Source: Snowella sp. (lineage in GTDB: Bacteria > Cyanobacteriota > Cyanobacteriia > Cyanobacteriales > Microcystaceae). Taken from it: DNA of 64,000 nucleotides. A model generated the notes under the pieces. The model worked only from the letters and a program-made list of their open reading frames with translations. It searched no databases and had not been told where the DNA came from. The number at the start of each line of letters is the position of its first letter. The stretch's first letter is position 1. Made by a program: the position numbers and the translations under genes. The stretch lies in contig JAYKGY010000043.1 of assembly GCA_035285545.1 (NCBI GenBank), positions 1 through 64,000 on the forward strand, written 5' to 3'. Positions 29,702 to 39,275 of the stretch are shown one piece after another.

Positions 29702-30889
29702 ATGAATCTTGTACCCGATCTCTTTATTACCGACTTAACGAAGGATTTAGACCGTTTGCATCAAGAAAAGGCGACGGGCGAACTGATCCTAACGTGCGAA
29801 GGTGTTCCCATTACCTTGTATTTGCTGGCGGGACGATTGCAGTATGTGGTGGATAAGGCCCATCGAATGCGTCGTTGGAAGCGGGCCATTTTCCAACATT
29901 GCCGAGAGTGGACGACCCCGACTCAAATTCTCAATAGTCAACCTTGGGAATACGATTTTCTGTATCAAGGTATCAGTAAAAGTGGTTTAACCCTGGATCA
30001 GGCTAAATCTGTGATTAAAGCGATCGCCGAAGAATGCCTCTATGAACTGGCCTTAGCCACCCAGGTAGACCGCCAATGGATCAGCCATGATCGAGCAAAA
30101 TCTACCTTTTCCTATTTTTTAAGCTTATCGTTGGCAGAAATTCATCCCATCTTAACGGCAATTACGGAAATGTGTCATGAGTGGGGGCAACCCATTCGCC
30201 TGAGTTCTTCTCCCTTACTAACGGAAAAGGGTAAAACGATTCCGAATCCTGTCCTCCAAAAATACCTCAACGGGCAATTTACCCTCTGGGATGTGGCCAT
30301 TCAGTTAAAACAACCCATTGGCCACGTGGCGCGATCGCTGATCCCTTGGCAAGAAAAAGGCTTATTGGAATTTAAAACCATCGCCGATCTCCCTGCCCCT
30401 GTTCAAGATATTGAGGAAAAATCAGCAGCAACGGTAACCCAATCAACGGTTACGGCTCCTGCTCAAAATGGCAACGGTTCATCAGAACACCAATTCCTCA
30501 TTGCCTGCATCGATGATAGCCCCATCGTGATTCATAACCTGAAATCTATCCTCACACCAGCGGGTTTCCAAGTCTTGAGTATTCAAGAGCCAATGGCGGG
30601 ATTTGCCCAGTTGATTGAACGCAAGCCCGATCTCATTTTGCTGGATTTGAATATGCCCAACGCCAACGGCTACAGCATTTGTAAATTCCTACGGGAAACG
30701 CCCGTTTTCGGCAAAACCCCCATTATTATCCTGACGGCTCAAGATAGCTCAATCGATAGAACCCGCGCCAAACTCGTCGGAGCCAATGACTTTATTAGTA
30801 AACCGCCCGATTCTAAGGCGTTAATTCAACTGATTAAAACCCATCTACCCCAAGCCACTAGGGCCTTAAGCCATCTAGCAACGGGTTAG
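29702..30889 (+). CDS. PatA-family response regulator (PATAN-like N-terminus, C-terminal REC)
   Basis: TGELIL...LYL.AGRL.Y, H.MRRW.R, WEY; REC IACIDDS, LILLDLNMP, RAKLVGA.DFISKP. Confidence 0.88.
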   Translation: MNLVPDLFITDLTKDLDRLHQEKATGELILTCEGVPITLYLLAGRLQYVVDKAHRMRRWKRAIFQHCREWTTPTQILNSQPWEYDFLYQGISKSGLTLDQAKSVIKAIAEECLYELALATQVDRQWISHDRAKSTFSYFLSLSLAEIHPILTAITEMCHEWGQPIRLSSSPLLTEKGKTIPNPVLQKYLNGQFTLWDVAIQLKQPIGHVARSLIPWQEKGLLEFKTIADLPAPVQDIEEKSAATVTQSTVTAPAQNGNGSSEHQFLIACIDDSPIVIHNLKSILTPAGFQVLSIQEPMAGFAQLIERKPDLILLDLNMPNANGYSICKFLRETPVFGKTPIIILTAQDSSIDRTRAKLVGANDFISKPPDSKALIQLIKTHLPQATRALSHLATG

Positions 30890-31022
30890 CGAATGGCCAC
30901 TGTACATCCCCGCGTTAATGGATTTCCTTGAATCTTGATCAACTGAATAACTATCAATCTATCAATCGATTCAGAAGAATTTAATTAACGCCATTTAGTC
31001 AATTCATCATGAGAAAACAGCC

Positions 31023-33701
31023 ATGATCGAAGATCAAGAACTACGGGAAATATATCAAGTTTCAGGGGCTGAGCACGTTCAAAACCTCGAAACGGGATTA
31101 TTAACCCTTGAAAAAGATCCCACCAATATTGAGCTTTTACAAACCCTACTGCGAGAAGCCCACAGCTTAAAAGGAGACTCGCGGGTGATTGGGGTCAAGT
31201 CGGTAGAAGCCCTTTCCCACCGCTTAGAAGAAATTCTAGGTCGTATTAAAAATAGTCAAATGGTTTGGTCTCAAGCGTTGGGCCAAAGAATGTATCAAAC
31301 CGTCGGTGCCCTGGGCAAACTTGTCCATGAAGCCGTCACCGATGAACCCAGCAACGTCGATCCCAACCAATTACTCAATCTACTCAGTGAGTTTTTACCT
31401 GCATTAGACACCCAAGCTCCGGCTTCTGTCCCTGCCCCGAAAGAACACCAAACCGTTGGAAATGGTCACGGTAATGGCCAGCATAAACCCAACGGCCACG
31501 GGCGATCGCTGTGGATTGAAGATGCAGACTTGCGGGATATTTATAAAATTTCGAGCGAGGAACATTTAAATAAATTGCAATCAGGGTTAATCGTTTTAGA
31601 TGAAAATCCTGATGATCAAGCCTCTTTAGAAGAATTATTAAGCGAATCCCAGAGTTTTGAACTCGATTCTCGCATTGTGGGCCAAGAATCCCTTGAAGCC
31701 CTAATCCATAAAGTCGAAGTGATTTTTGAATCCCTCAAAGCGGCTCAGATCAGTTTTTCCCAAGTTTCTCAACCGCTCCATCATGCCGTGGATGCGATTG
31801 GGGATTTGGTCAAAGAAGCCCTTACAGGGGAAACCGCCCAAGTCAACTTCCAGGAAATTGTCCAGGAGTTGGACGGGGTAATTCAGACCGATCAAATTGC
31901 TCAAGTTGTTCAAGAACCGAGTCAGCCCACCGCTAAAGGGAATGGTGCGACGAGTTCCCAAGCCAGTTTAGATATGGCTCGTCTGGATACGATTCGGGTT
32001 CCCATGCGGTATCTGGATGCGTTGATGACCCATACGGGAGAGTTAACGGTGACGAAAACCCGTTTAGCCCACACCAGCGATCGCTTGCGGGATCTGATCC
32101 ATCTCTGGGATGCGTGGAAAACGCGCAAAAAATCGAATAAAGGGTCGGAAAAAGCCACCGAAGAGAAACTGGATAATATTATTCGCTATCTCTACGGCAG
32201 TGTGGCGGAAAACAATACCCGTCTAGATGCGATCTCGCGGGAATTAGACGAAAAAATCCGTACCCTGCGTTTATTGCCCCTTTCGACCATCTTTCTGCTT
32301 TTCCCCCGTCTCGTTCGGGAATTAGCTCAGGATGAAGCCAAAGACATTAACTTTGTCATGGAAGGCGGCAACATCACCGTTGATAAACAAATTTTGGAGG
32401 AAATGAAAGATCCCCTACTGCACCTGTTGCGGAATGCGGTGGATCACGCCATAGAAACCCCTCAAGAACGGCAACGCCTCGGCAAAGCTCCCCAGGGGAA
32501 AGTGTGGTTAAAAGCTTCTCGGAGTGCCAGCAATATTGTGATTGAAGTCGGGGACGATGGCCGCGGCTTGGATCTCGAAAAAATTAAGCAAACCGCCATT
32601 AAACGCAAACTTTATCGGGCGGAAGAATTGGCCGCAATGGGCCCCAATCAATTGCGATCGCTGATTTTCCTACCTGGCTTTTCGACTCGGAGTTTCATCA
32701 CCGAAATTTCGGGACGGGGCGTAGGTCTCGATATTGTCCGCACCAACGTGGAACGCTTAAAAGGCAATATTCAAATTGAATCCAATGCCAATCAAGGCAC
32801 AATTTTCCGCATCCAACTCCGCAGCACTGTTGCCACCTTAAACGTCATGCTCGTCGAGATTCGGGGCCTCATTCATGCGCTTCCCATTGAAGCGATCGAA
32901 AAAACCTTACTGATCCGTCCCCAGGAAGTTTATTCCCTCGAAGGCCAACCCACCATCAGCGTCGATGGTAAACCCATTCCCCTAGTGAAAATGGCGGATA
33001 TTTTAGAATTACCAGCCGTCACGACGGGAGCAGGGCAAAAACAACGGCAACGCCAAGTTGAAAACAATCTACTGTCAGCCGTTCTGCTCAATGTGGAAGG
33101 TCAAACCCTTGCCTTTGAAGTGGACAAATTACAGGAAGTCTTGGATGTGGTCATCAAACCCCAAACCAAGCTCCTCAAACGAGTCCGCAATATTTTGGGA
33201 GCCACGATTTTAGGGACAGGGGAAGTCTGCATGATCCTCAATCCCCAGGATCTGGTGCGGTCGGTTCGCAAACAACATCAAAGCACGACGATGCTGGACA
33301 GCGACGATCTCGATGCGGCTCCTGTTATGACCCAAAAACCTGTAATCCTGTTAGTGGAAGATTCCATTGCCGTTCGGACACAGGAAAAACGCATTCTCGA
33401 AAAAGCGGGCTACGAAGTGGTCATTGCCGTCGATGGTTTGGATGGCTACAACAAGTTGCGATCGGGTCAAGCCTTTGATGGCATCATTTCTGACGTAGAA
33501 ATGCCCAATATGAACGGTTTAGCCTTTACCGCCAAAGTTCGGGAACATCCTGAATATCGAGAATTACCCCTCATCCTCGTTACCTCTCTCGCTTCAGAAG
33601 AGGACAAACGCCGAGGGGCCCAAGCTGGCGCGAATGCCTACATCGTTAAAGATCAGTTCAACCAAGAGCTTTTGATCGAAACCTTAGAGCGATTGGTGTA
33701 G
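31023..33701 (+). CDS. cheA: CheA-like hybrid kinase (Hpt - degenerate Hpt - dimerisation - HATPase - CheW - REC)
   Basis: REAHSLKG, HLLRNAVDHAIE, DDGRGLD, ISGRGVGLDIV, GATILGTGEV..ILN, REC LVEDS/SDVEMP. Confidence 0.93.
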   Translation: MIEDQELREIYQVSGAEHVQNLETGLLTLEKDPTNIELLQTLLREAHSLKGDSRVIGVKSVEALSHRLEEILGRIKNSQMVWSQALGQRMYQTVGALGKLVHEAVTDEPSNVDPNQLLNLLSEFLPALDTQAPASVPAPKEHQTVGNGHGNGQHKPNGHGRSLWIEDADLRDIYKISSEEHLNKLQSGLIVLDENPDDQASLEELLSESQSFELDSRIVGQESLEALIHKVEVIFESLKAAQISFSQVSQPLHHAVDAIGDLVKEALTGETAQVNFQEIVQELDGVIQTDQIAQVVQEPSQPTAKGNGATSSQASLDMARLDTIRVPMRYLDALMTHTGELTVTKTRLAHTSDRLRDLIHLWDAWKTRKKSNKGSEKATEEKLDNIIRYLYGSVAENNTRLDAISRELDEKIRTLRLLPLSTIFLLFPRLVRELAQDEAKDINFVMEGGNITVDKQILEEMKDPLLHLLRNAVDHAIETPQERQRLGKAPQGKVWLKASRSASNIVIEVGDDGRGLDLEKIKQTAIKRKLYRAEELAAMGPNQLRSLIFLPGFSTRSFITEISGRGVGLDIVRTNVERLKGNIQIESNANQGTIFRIQLRSTVATLNVMLVEIRGLIHALPIEAIEKTLLIRPQEVYSLEGQPTISVDGKPIPLVKMADILELPAVTTGAGQKQRQRQVENNLLSAVLLNVEGQTLAFEVDKLQEVLDVVIKPQTKLLKRVRNILGATILGTGEVCMILNPQDLVRSVRKQHQSTTMLDSDDLDAAPVMTQKPVILLVEDSIAVRTQEKRILEKAGYEVVIAVDGLDGYNKLRSGQAFDGIISDVEMPNMNGLAFTAKVREHPEYRELPLILVTSLASEEDKRRGAQAGANAYIVKDQFNQELLIETLERLV

Positions 33702-33768
33702 GTCGCCATTGTTCTAATTAACTTTCTTTCCTCAACCAATCTTTGAAAATTTTCTTAGGAGTCTCATC

Positions 33769-35220
33769 ATGACTGGTATTCTGCAATCGAAAAAGTTACA
33801 AACCCGTATTCTCTTAGGCTATGCCGTTCCGTTAGGGGTCTTGACCGTGTTCGCCCTCACCATTGGGGTTGCGCTTAAGTTGACCAGTGATGCGGCGAAT
33901 GAAACGGAAAGAGCGAACCATGTTGTTGATAATGTTCGAGAAACGATTATGGCAAGTTCTCGCGTTATTCGTACTGCACGAGCGGCAGCCCTTTTCCCGA
34001 ATGATCCCCAATATGTGGCCTCCTACAAAACTGGTATGGAACGTCTCGATCAGTCGATCGCTGACATGGGCGATTTAATCCGTGATCCTCAACAAAAAGC
34101 GTCCTGGGAAAAACTCACCAAACAGGTCGATGTCATAACCAATCAATCTGATCAAGCAATGCAATTCATTAAAGCCAAGCAGGTTGCTCAAGCATTACCG
34201 GTTTTGGCCGATATGGATGTTGAATCCCTGGATGCCACCAAAGATACGATACTAAAACGTCAAGATGACATTATTAATGATCGAGAACGGGGCCAAATGG
34301 TCTTGATCTCCATTACCATCGCCATTACCCTACTGGGTCTTTTTGGTGGTGGTGGTGTTTCTCTGTTCTTAGGCAACATGATCGCCAAGAAAATCACCGA
34401 TGACGTTAAAAAAGCCGTGGTTGATATTACCTCCTCTGCCAGTGAAATTGCCGCCACGATGGAAGAACAGGAACGGACTGCCAATTTACAAGCTGCTTCT
34501 GTGAGTGAAACCACCACTACGATGGATGAGTTGGGTGCCTCTTCTCGTCAGTCGGAAGAACAAGCCGAATCTGCTGCCCAAGCCGCCAGTGAAGTCTTAC
34601 AACTGGCCAACAATGGTAACGACTCCGTTGAAGAAACCGTTTCCACCATGGTTGACCTGAAAAACAAAGTGGCCGCGATCGCCGATCAAATTGTGCGCTT
34701 ATCGGAACAAACCAACCAAATTGGTAACATTTCGTCTCTTGTGAGTGATTTATCGCAACAAACCAATATGTTAGCCCTGAATGCCTCGGTTGAAGCCGTC
34801 CGTGCAGGGGAACATGGAAAAGGATTCGCCGTAGTTGCCGAAGAAATTCGGAAATTAGCGGATCAAAGCCGTCAATCGGCATCCAATATCGGCGCGTTAG
34901 TATCGGATATTCAAAACGCCATCAACACCACCGTTATGGTAACGGATGAAGGAACCAAAACCGTGAATGCAGGGTTACAAGTCACTGAACGGACAGCCAA
35001 TGCCTTCTCTGGTGTGTTGGAATCCATCAATAACGTGGCGATGAACAACCAACAAATCGTACTCAATATTCGCCAACAAGGAAAAGCCGTACAACAGGTG
35101 CTCCAAGCGATGGACAGCATCAACCAAGGCGCGCAACAAACCGCAGCCAGCTTAACCCAAATCAAATCGGGTACTTCCCAACTGTCCCACACAGCCCACG
35201 ATTTAGAAGCGATCGTTTAG
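33769..35220 (+). CDS. Methyl-accepting chemotaxis protein (TM1 - helical periplasmic domain - TM2 - MA domain)
   Basis: QTNMLALNASVEAVRAGEHGKGFAVVAEEIRKLA hairpin tip; two hydrophobic segments. Confidence 0.94.
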   Translation: MTGILQSKKLQTRILLGYAVPLGVLTVFALTIGVALKLTSDAANETERANHVVDNVRETIMASSRVIRTARAAALFPNDPQYVASYKTGMERLDQSIADMGDLIRDPQQKASWEKLTKQVDVITNQSDQAMQFIKAKQVAQALPVLADMDVESLDATKDTILKRQDDIINDRERGQMVLISITIAITLLGLFGGGGVSLFLGNMIAKKITDDVKKAVVDITSSASEIAATMEEQERTANLQAASVSETTTTMDELGASSRQSEEQAESAAQAASEVLQLANNGNDSVEETVSTMVDLKNKVAAIADQIVRLSEQTNQIGNISSLVSDLSQQTNMLALNASVEAVRAGEHGKGFAVVAEEIRKLADQSRQSASNIGALVSDIQNAINTTVMVTDEGTKTVNAGLQVTERTANAFSGVLESINNVAMNNQQIVLNIRQQGKAVQQVLQAMDSINQGAQQTAASLTQIKSGTSQLSHTAHDLEAIV

Positions 35221-35230
35221 GGTTGAGGAT

Positions 35231-35278
35231 GGCCAATTCTGCCTTTTAAATGACTCCCCGCAGAATCTGGCCTTTTCT
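35231..35278 (+). terminator. Hairpin plus U-rich tract inside the chemosensory cluster
   Basis: GGCCA-ATTCTGC ... GCAGAAT-c-TGGCC followed by ttttct. Confidence 0.5.
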
Positions 35279-35358
35279 TCCCCTCGGTTTTGTTGTCTAT
35301 CGCCCAGCCCCTACCGACCGCCAAACCGCACCCATCTATTTCAGCTTTGGATAATCCC

Positions 35359-36420
35359 ATGACCATTAAAGTGCTACTCGTAGAAGACTCTCCCCTCGCG
35401 GTGACGATTCTCAAACGGATGATTTCCACAGCCCCCGATATTCAGGTTGTGGGGACAGCACGGACGGGAATTGATGCGCTGGAGATGATTGGTAAATTAA
35501 AACCTGATGTCATCTGCACCGATCTGCTCATGCCGAAAATGAATGGCTTAGAGCTAACCCAAACGGTGATGGAAAAAAGTCCCAAGCCCATTTTGGTGAT
35601 TAGTGCGGCGGTTCAAGATGAAGACAAAAATAATGTTTTTCAGTTGCTCGATGCGGGGGCGGTGGATGTCTTTGCCAAACCCCGTAGCGGCCAAATTGAA
35701 GAATACGAAATGCTCACCGAGAAGCTATTAACCAAAATTCGGGTTTTATCGGGAGTTAAGGTCTTCACCAAACGCAATCGGGGCGCAACGCTAAATGTTA
35801 AAGGCGACAAAGCAACGGTTAAGCCACCCATTCCGGTGAGTACGGCTCCCTTGCCTAAATCCTTTAAAGTCGTCGCGATCGCGGCTTCCACAGGCGGGCC
35901 CCAAGCCTTTCAAGAAATTTTAAGTCACTTACCTGTCAATTTTCCCTTACCCATTCTTTGTGTTCAACATATCAGCAAAAACTTTTTAGAAGGCTTCCTC
36001 GATTGGCTCAGACAAAGTTGCAAACTACCGATCCTGGTGGCCAAAACAGGAGACACTCCCCAACGCGGTGTCATTTACTTTCCGCCAGAACGCCATCACC
36101 TCCAACTGGATGCCCAAGGGCGGTTTTATTGTGCAGATGGGCCCCTGGTCGATGGTCATTGTCCGTCTGCAACCGTGCTGTTTCAAACCGTAGCCCGCAA
36201 TTACGGTTCGTCGGCTTTGGGAATTCTGCTTTCGGGGATGGGAAAAGATGGCGCGATGGGATTATTAAGCCTGAAGCAAAAAGGGGGCTATACCATTGCC
36301 CAAAATGAAGAAACCTCCGTGGTTTTCGGGATGCCCCAAGAAGCCATTAAACTCGGAGCCGCCAAGCTTGTTCTCGGATTACCCGACATTGGCCCAAAAA
36401 TTCTGGAAATTATGAACTAA
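35359..36420 (+). CDS. cheB: Chemotaxis methylesterase CheB (REC + methylesterase)
   Basis: MTIKVLLVEDS, TDLLMP; catalytic triad AASTGG, VQHI, SGMGKDGA; VVFGMP; ATG at 35359. Confidence 0.94.
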   Translation: MTIKVLLVEDSPLAVTILKRMISTAPDIQVVGTARTGIDALEMIGKLKPDVICTDLLMPKMNGLELTQTVMEKSPKPILVISAAVQDEDKNNVFQLLDAGAVDVFAKPRSGQIEEYEMLTEKLLTKIRVLSGVKVFTKRNRGATLNVKGDKATVKPPIPVSTAPLPKSFKVVAIAASTGGPQAFQEILSHLPVNFPLPILCVQHISKNFLEGFLDWLRQSCKLPILVAKTGDTPQRGVIYFPPERHHLQLDAQGRFYCADGPLVDGHCPSATVLFQTVARNYGSSALGILLSGMGKDGAMGLLSLKQKGGYTIAQNEETSVVFGMPQEAIKLGAAKLVLGLPDIGPKILEIMN

Positions 36421-36454
36421 ATAGGCCACGATGGGCTATTAAGGAGTACAAACG

Positions 36455-38014
36455 ATGCTGACTACTGAAACCATTTCCCCCAGCTTAAGAGAAGATTTTG
36501 TTGAACTCATTGCTAGTCAAACGGGGATTGAAATCCGTGCCCAAAATTACGGATCGATGGGAGATAATATTCTGTCCCGCGTTAAAGCTCTCCATCTAAC
36601 CTCTCCCCAAGCCTATTACAATTTACTTTCGACAACCACGCCTGACAGCGAAGAAGAGTGGCAAAAGTTTGTCTGTTTGGTCACCAATCGAGAAAGTTAT
36701 TTTTTCCGCGATAAAGGTCAATTTAACCTCCTGAGAAATACCCTGTTACCCGACTTAATTCGTCGCAATCAACGCATAAAAACCCTCCGTATTTGTAGTG
36801 CGGGTTGTTCCACGGGTCAAGAACCCTATTCCATTGCAATTTTATTAAAAGAATTAATTCCTGATTTACAAAATTGGAACCTCATTATTTTAGGAATTGA
36901 TATTAATCGCGAATCGTTGGATCACGGAAAAAGAGCTTTTTATAATACCTGGTCTTTCCGTCAGGTGGAAGAGGATATTAAAGCCCGTTATTTTAAAAAT
37001 GCCGCCGGTTACTATCAACTCCAAGAAGAAATTCGCACCTTAGTTCGTTTTCATCAAGTCAATCTTACCCGTGATCCTTTTCCTCGTCTCAATTCCGAAT
37101 TGCGGGATATGGATCTGATCATTTGTCGTAATGTGTTTATCTACTTTACCGATCAGGCGATCGCGCACGTTGTCGAAAAATTCTTTAATACCCTCAAACC
37201 CAATGGCTATCTGCTCACAGGTCATGCTGAATTAAATAATCATCACATCAAAGCCTATCAAGCCAAACTATTTCCTGAATCCGTTGTCTATCAACGTCGC
37301 AGCGGAGACTTCAAACAACTTGCCGAGCATCCCTCTCCCACCCAATCCTTTCGGCCCAAATCTCCCCCGTTAGAAACCCCGACTCCCGCCAAAGAAACGC
37401 CCCAACCCCTATTTACCCAAAACTTTGCCAGCGTTCCCGTTGCGCCTGTCCGTTCTACCCCGACTCCTGCCGCCTCTGCGACTAAAACGACTCCGCCAAC
37501 AACTTCAACGGAAAAAGCGGCCAATAAAACGGCTGAACCCGATATTCTACAAGAGGTTAAACAACTTTTCAAAAATAAATCCTACCAACTAGCCCAGACC
37601 AAATTAGAGCAGATCCTACGGCGATCGCCGAATCACTACGATGGTTCCTATTTAATGGCCGAATTACAGGCCAATTTAGGTAACTATGAAAAAGCGAAAC
37701 AATGGTGCCAGACTGCGATTAATTTAAATGCTTTTGCTGTAACCCCCCATCATTTAATTGCCCACATTGAAGAAGAACAGGGCCATTTTGAAGAGGCCAA
37801 AAAAGCCTTAAAAACGGCGATTTATCTTGATCCTGATTCCGTTGCCGCCTATATCAATTTAGGAAGTTTGTATCAACGGGAAGGAGATTTCACCAGAGCT
37901 AAAAAAATGCAGCAATCGGCTTTTAAAATTCTCCAACGACTCCCCAAAGACAGCACCATTAAAGAACTCGATAATATTACCGTCGAAGCTCTCCTGTCAG
38001 AACTCCAAATTTAA
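36455..38014 (+). CDS. cheR: CheR-type methyltransferase with Pro/Thr linker and C-terminal TPR repeats
   Basis: TNRESYFFRD, SAGCSTGQEPYS, DLIICRNVFIYF, GHAE; TPR A..ALK.AIYLDP....AY..LG.LY. Confidence 0.93.
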   Translation: MLTTETISPSLREDFVELIASQTGIEIRAQNYGSMGDNILSRVKALHLTSPQAYYNLLSTTTPDSEEEWQKFVCLVTNRESYFFRDKGQFNLLRNTLLPDLIRRNQRIKTLRICSAGCSTGQEPYSIAILLKELIPDLQNWNLIILGIDINRESLDHGKRAFYNTWSFRQVEEDIKARYFKNAAGYYQLQEEIRTLVRFHQVNLTRDPFPRLNSELRDMDLIICRNVFIYFTDQAIAHVVEKFFNTLKPNGYLLTGHAELNNHHIKAYQAKLFPESVVYQRRSGDFKQLAEHPSPTQSFRPKSPPLETPTPAKETPQPLFTQNFASVPVAPVRSTPTPAASATKTTPPTTSTEKAANKTAEPDILQEVKQLFKNKSYQLAQTKLEQILRRSPNHYDGSYLMAELQANLGNYEKAKQWCQTAINLNAFAVTPHHLIAHIEEEQGHFEEAKKALKTAIYLDPDSVAAYINLGSLYQREGDFTRAKKMQQSAFKILQRLPKDSTIKELDNITVEALLSELQI

Positions 38015-38077
38015 CGGTTATTCATCAATTTAAAGAGCTACTATTGGCTGATTTTTGAGCAAATTTTACTTAGGATT

Positions 38078-39172
38078 ATGACCATGACCTACTATCTTAA
38101 TTTTACCCACAATAATCTCCGCTACGGTGTGCCAGCCACTGCTGTCCAAGAGGTCTTTTTCCTCCCCGAAATTACCCCCATTCCTGAAGCTCCCGCCGAT
38201 ATTCTCGGTACAGTTAATGTGCGCGGCACCCTAATTCCCGTGATGGATCTCAATCTCCGCTTTGGTTATCCCGTTACGCCCTATTCTCTCAATGACAGCA
38301 TTATTATTCTCAATTGGCAGGAATTAACCCTGGGGATTTTAACCAATCAGGTTCATGAAGTGAGATCCATTGACGATCAACTCATTACTCCCGAACTGTC
38401 CCACGATCACCCCCTTCTAGACTTCAAACAAGAAAAATTTATTAATGGCTATCTCCAAGAAGACGAAAACCTGCTGTTATTACTGAATTTAGAAGCCTTA
38501 CTGCGTTATACCGAAGCTCAAGACCTTAATCTAGAGTTGGATCTTGATGTTTTGGAAATTTTGGAATCGGGTGAGGAACCGACTGAAGAATCTTTAACCG
38601 ATGAAGAAACGCCCGAAATCGTTAAATCGCCGCTCTTTTTCCCTGAAGCCAGCCCCTACGAGCGCAAAGTCCTGCAAAAACGGGCGGATAATTTACGCCA
38701 AAGTCTGAAGCTAAAAGATCTCACGGGCTTAAAACCCTTGGCGGTGTTTAACCTGAATCAAGAATTTTTCGGTGTGGATCTTTCCCTCATCCAAGAATTT
38801 ATTAAATTTAGCCGTGTCACCCTGATTCCCTGCGCCCCCTCCTTTATTGTGGGCAATATTAACCTGCGGGGGGAAATTGTTACCCTGATCGATATTCGCA
38901 GTTTATTTAATCTTCCGAGAGCGATCGCGTCTAAAAATCCCCAAGCCATGATCGTTAATGTGGATGGAGTGGTAGTGGGCTTATTAATCGATGCCATTTA
39001 CGATATTTTGATGCTCAATCCGAAAGATGTCCTGGCTCCCTCAACCGTGGAAAGTGAACTTAACCAAAACTATCTCCAAGGTGTCCTTCCTTATAAAGAC
39101 AAAATGTTAGGACTGATTAACCTCACAGAAATCATTTTAGGCGGCAGTTTATTAGTCGATGAAGCCGTTTAA
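38078..39172 (+). CDS. cheW: Tandem (double) CheW protein
   Basis: Two CheW motifs, ITPIPEAP..ILG.VNVRG and VTLIPCAP.FIVG.INLRGEI, joined by an acidic linker with L.KRA..L. Confidence 0.9.
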   Translation: MTMTYYLNFTHNNLRYGVPATAVQEVFFLPEITPIPEAPADILGTVNVRGTLIPVMDLNLRFGYPVTPYSLNDSIIILNWQELTLGILTNQVHEVRSIDDQLITPELSHDHPLLDFKQEKFINGYLQEDENLLLLLNLEALLRYTEAQDLNLELDLDVLEILESGEEPTEESLTDEETPEIVKSPLFFPEASPYERKVLQKRADNLRQSLKLKDLTGLKPLAVFNLNQEFFGVDLSLIQEFIKFSRVTLIPCAPSFIVGNINLRGEIVTLIDIRSLFNLPRAIASKNPQAMIVNVDGVVVGLLIDAIYDILMLNPKDVLAPSTVESELNQNYLQGVLPYKDKMLGLINLTEIILGGSLLVDEAV

Positions 39173-39275
39173 ATGAACTCTTATCGCTCCAACCAATCAG
39201 GAGAGTTTGTAAACCAAGATTAGGTAAGATCAAGAGTGTTTGGTTACTTACCTAATTTGCCTTGTTTTTACTGTA

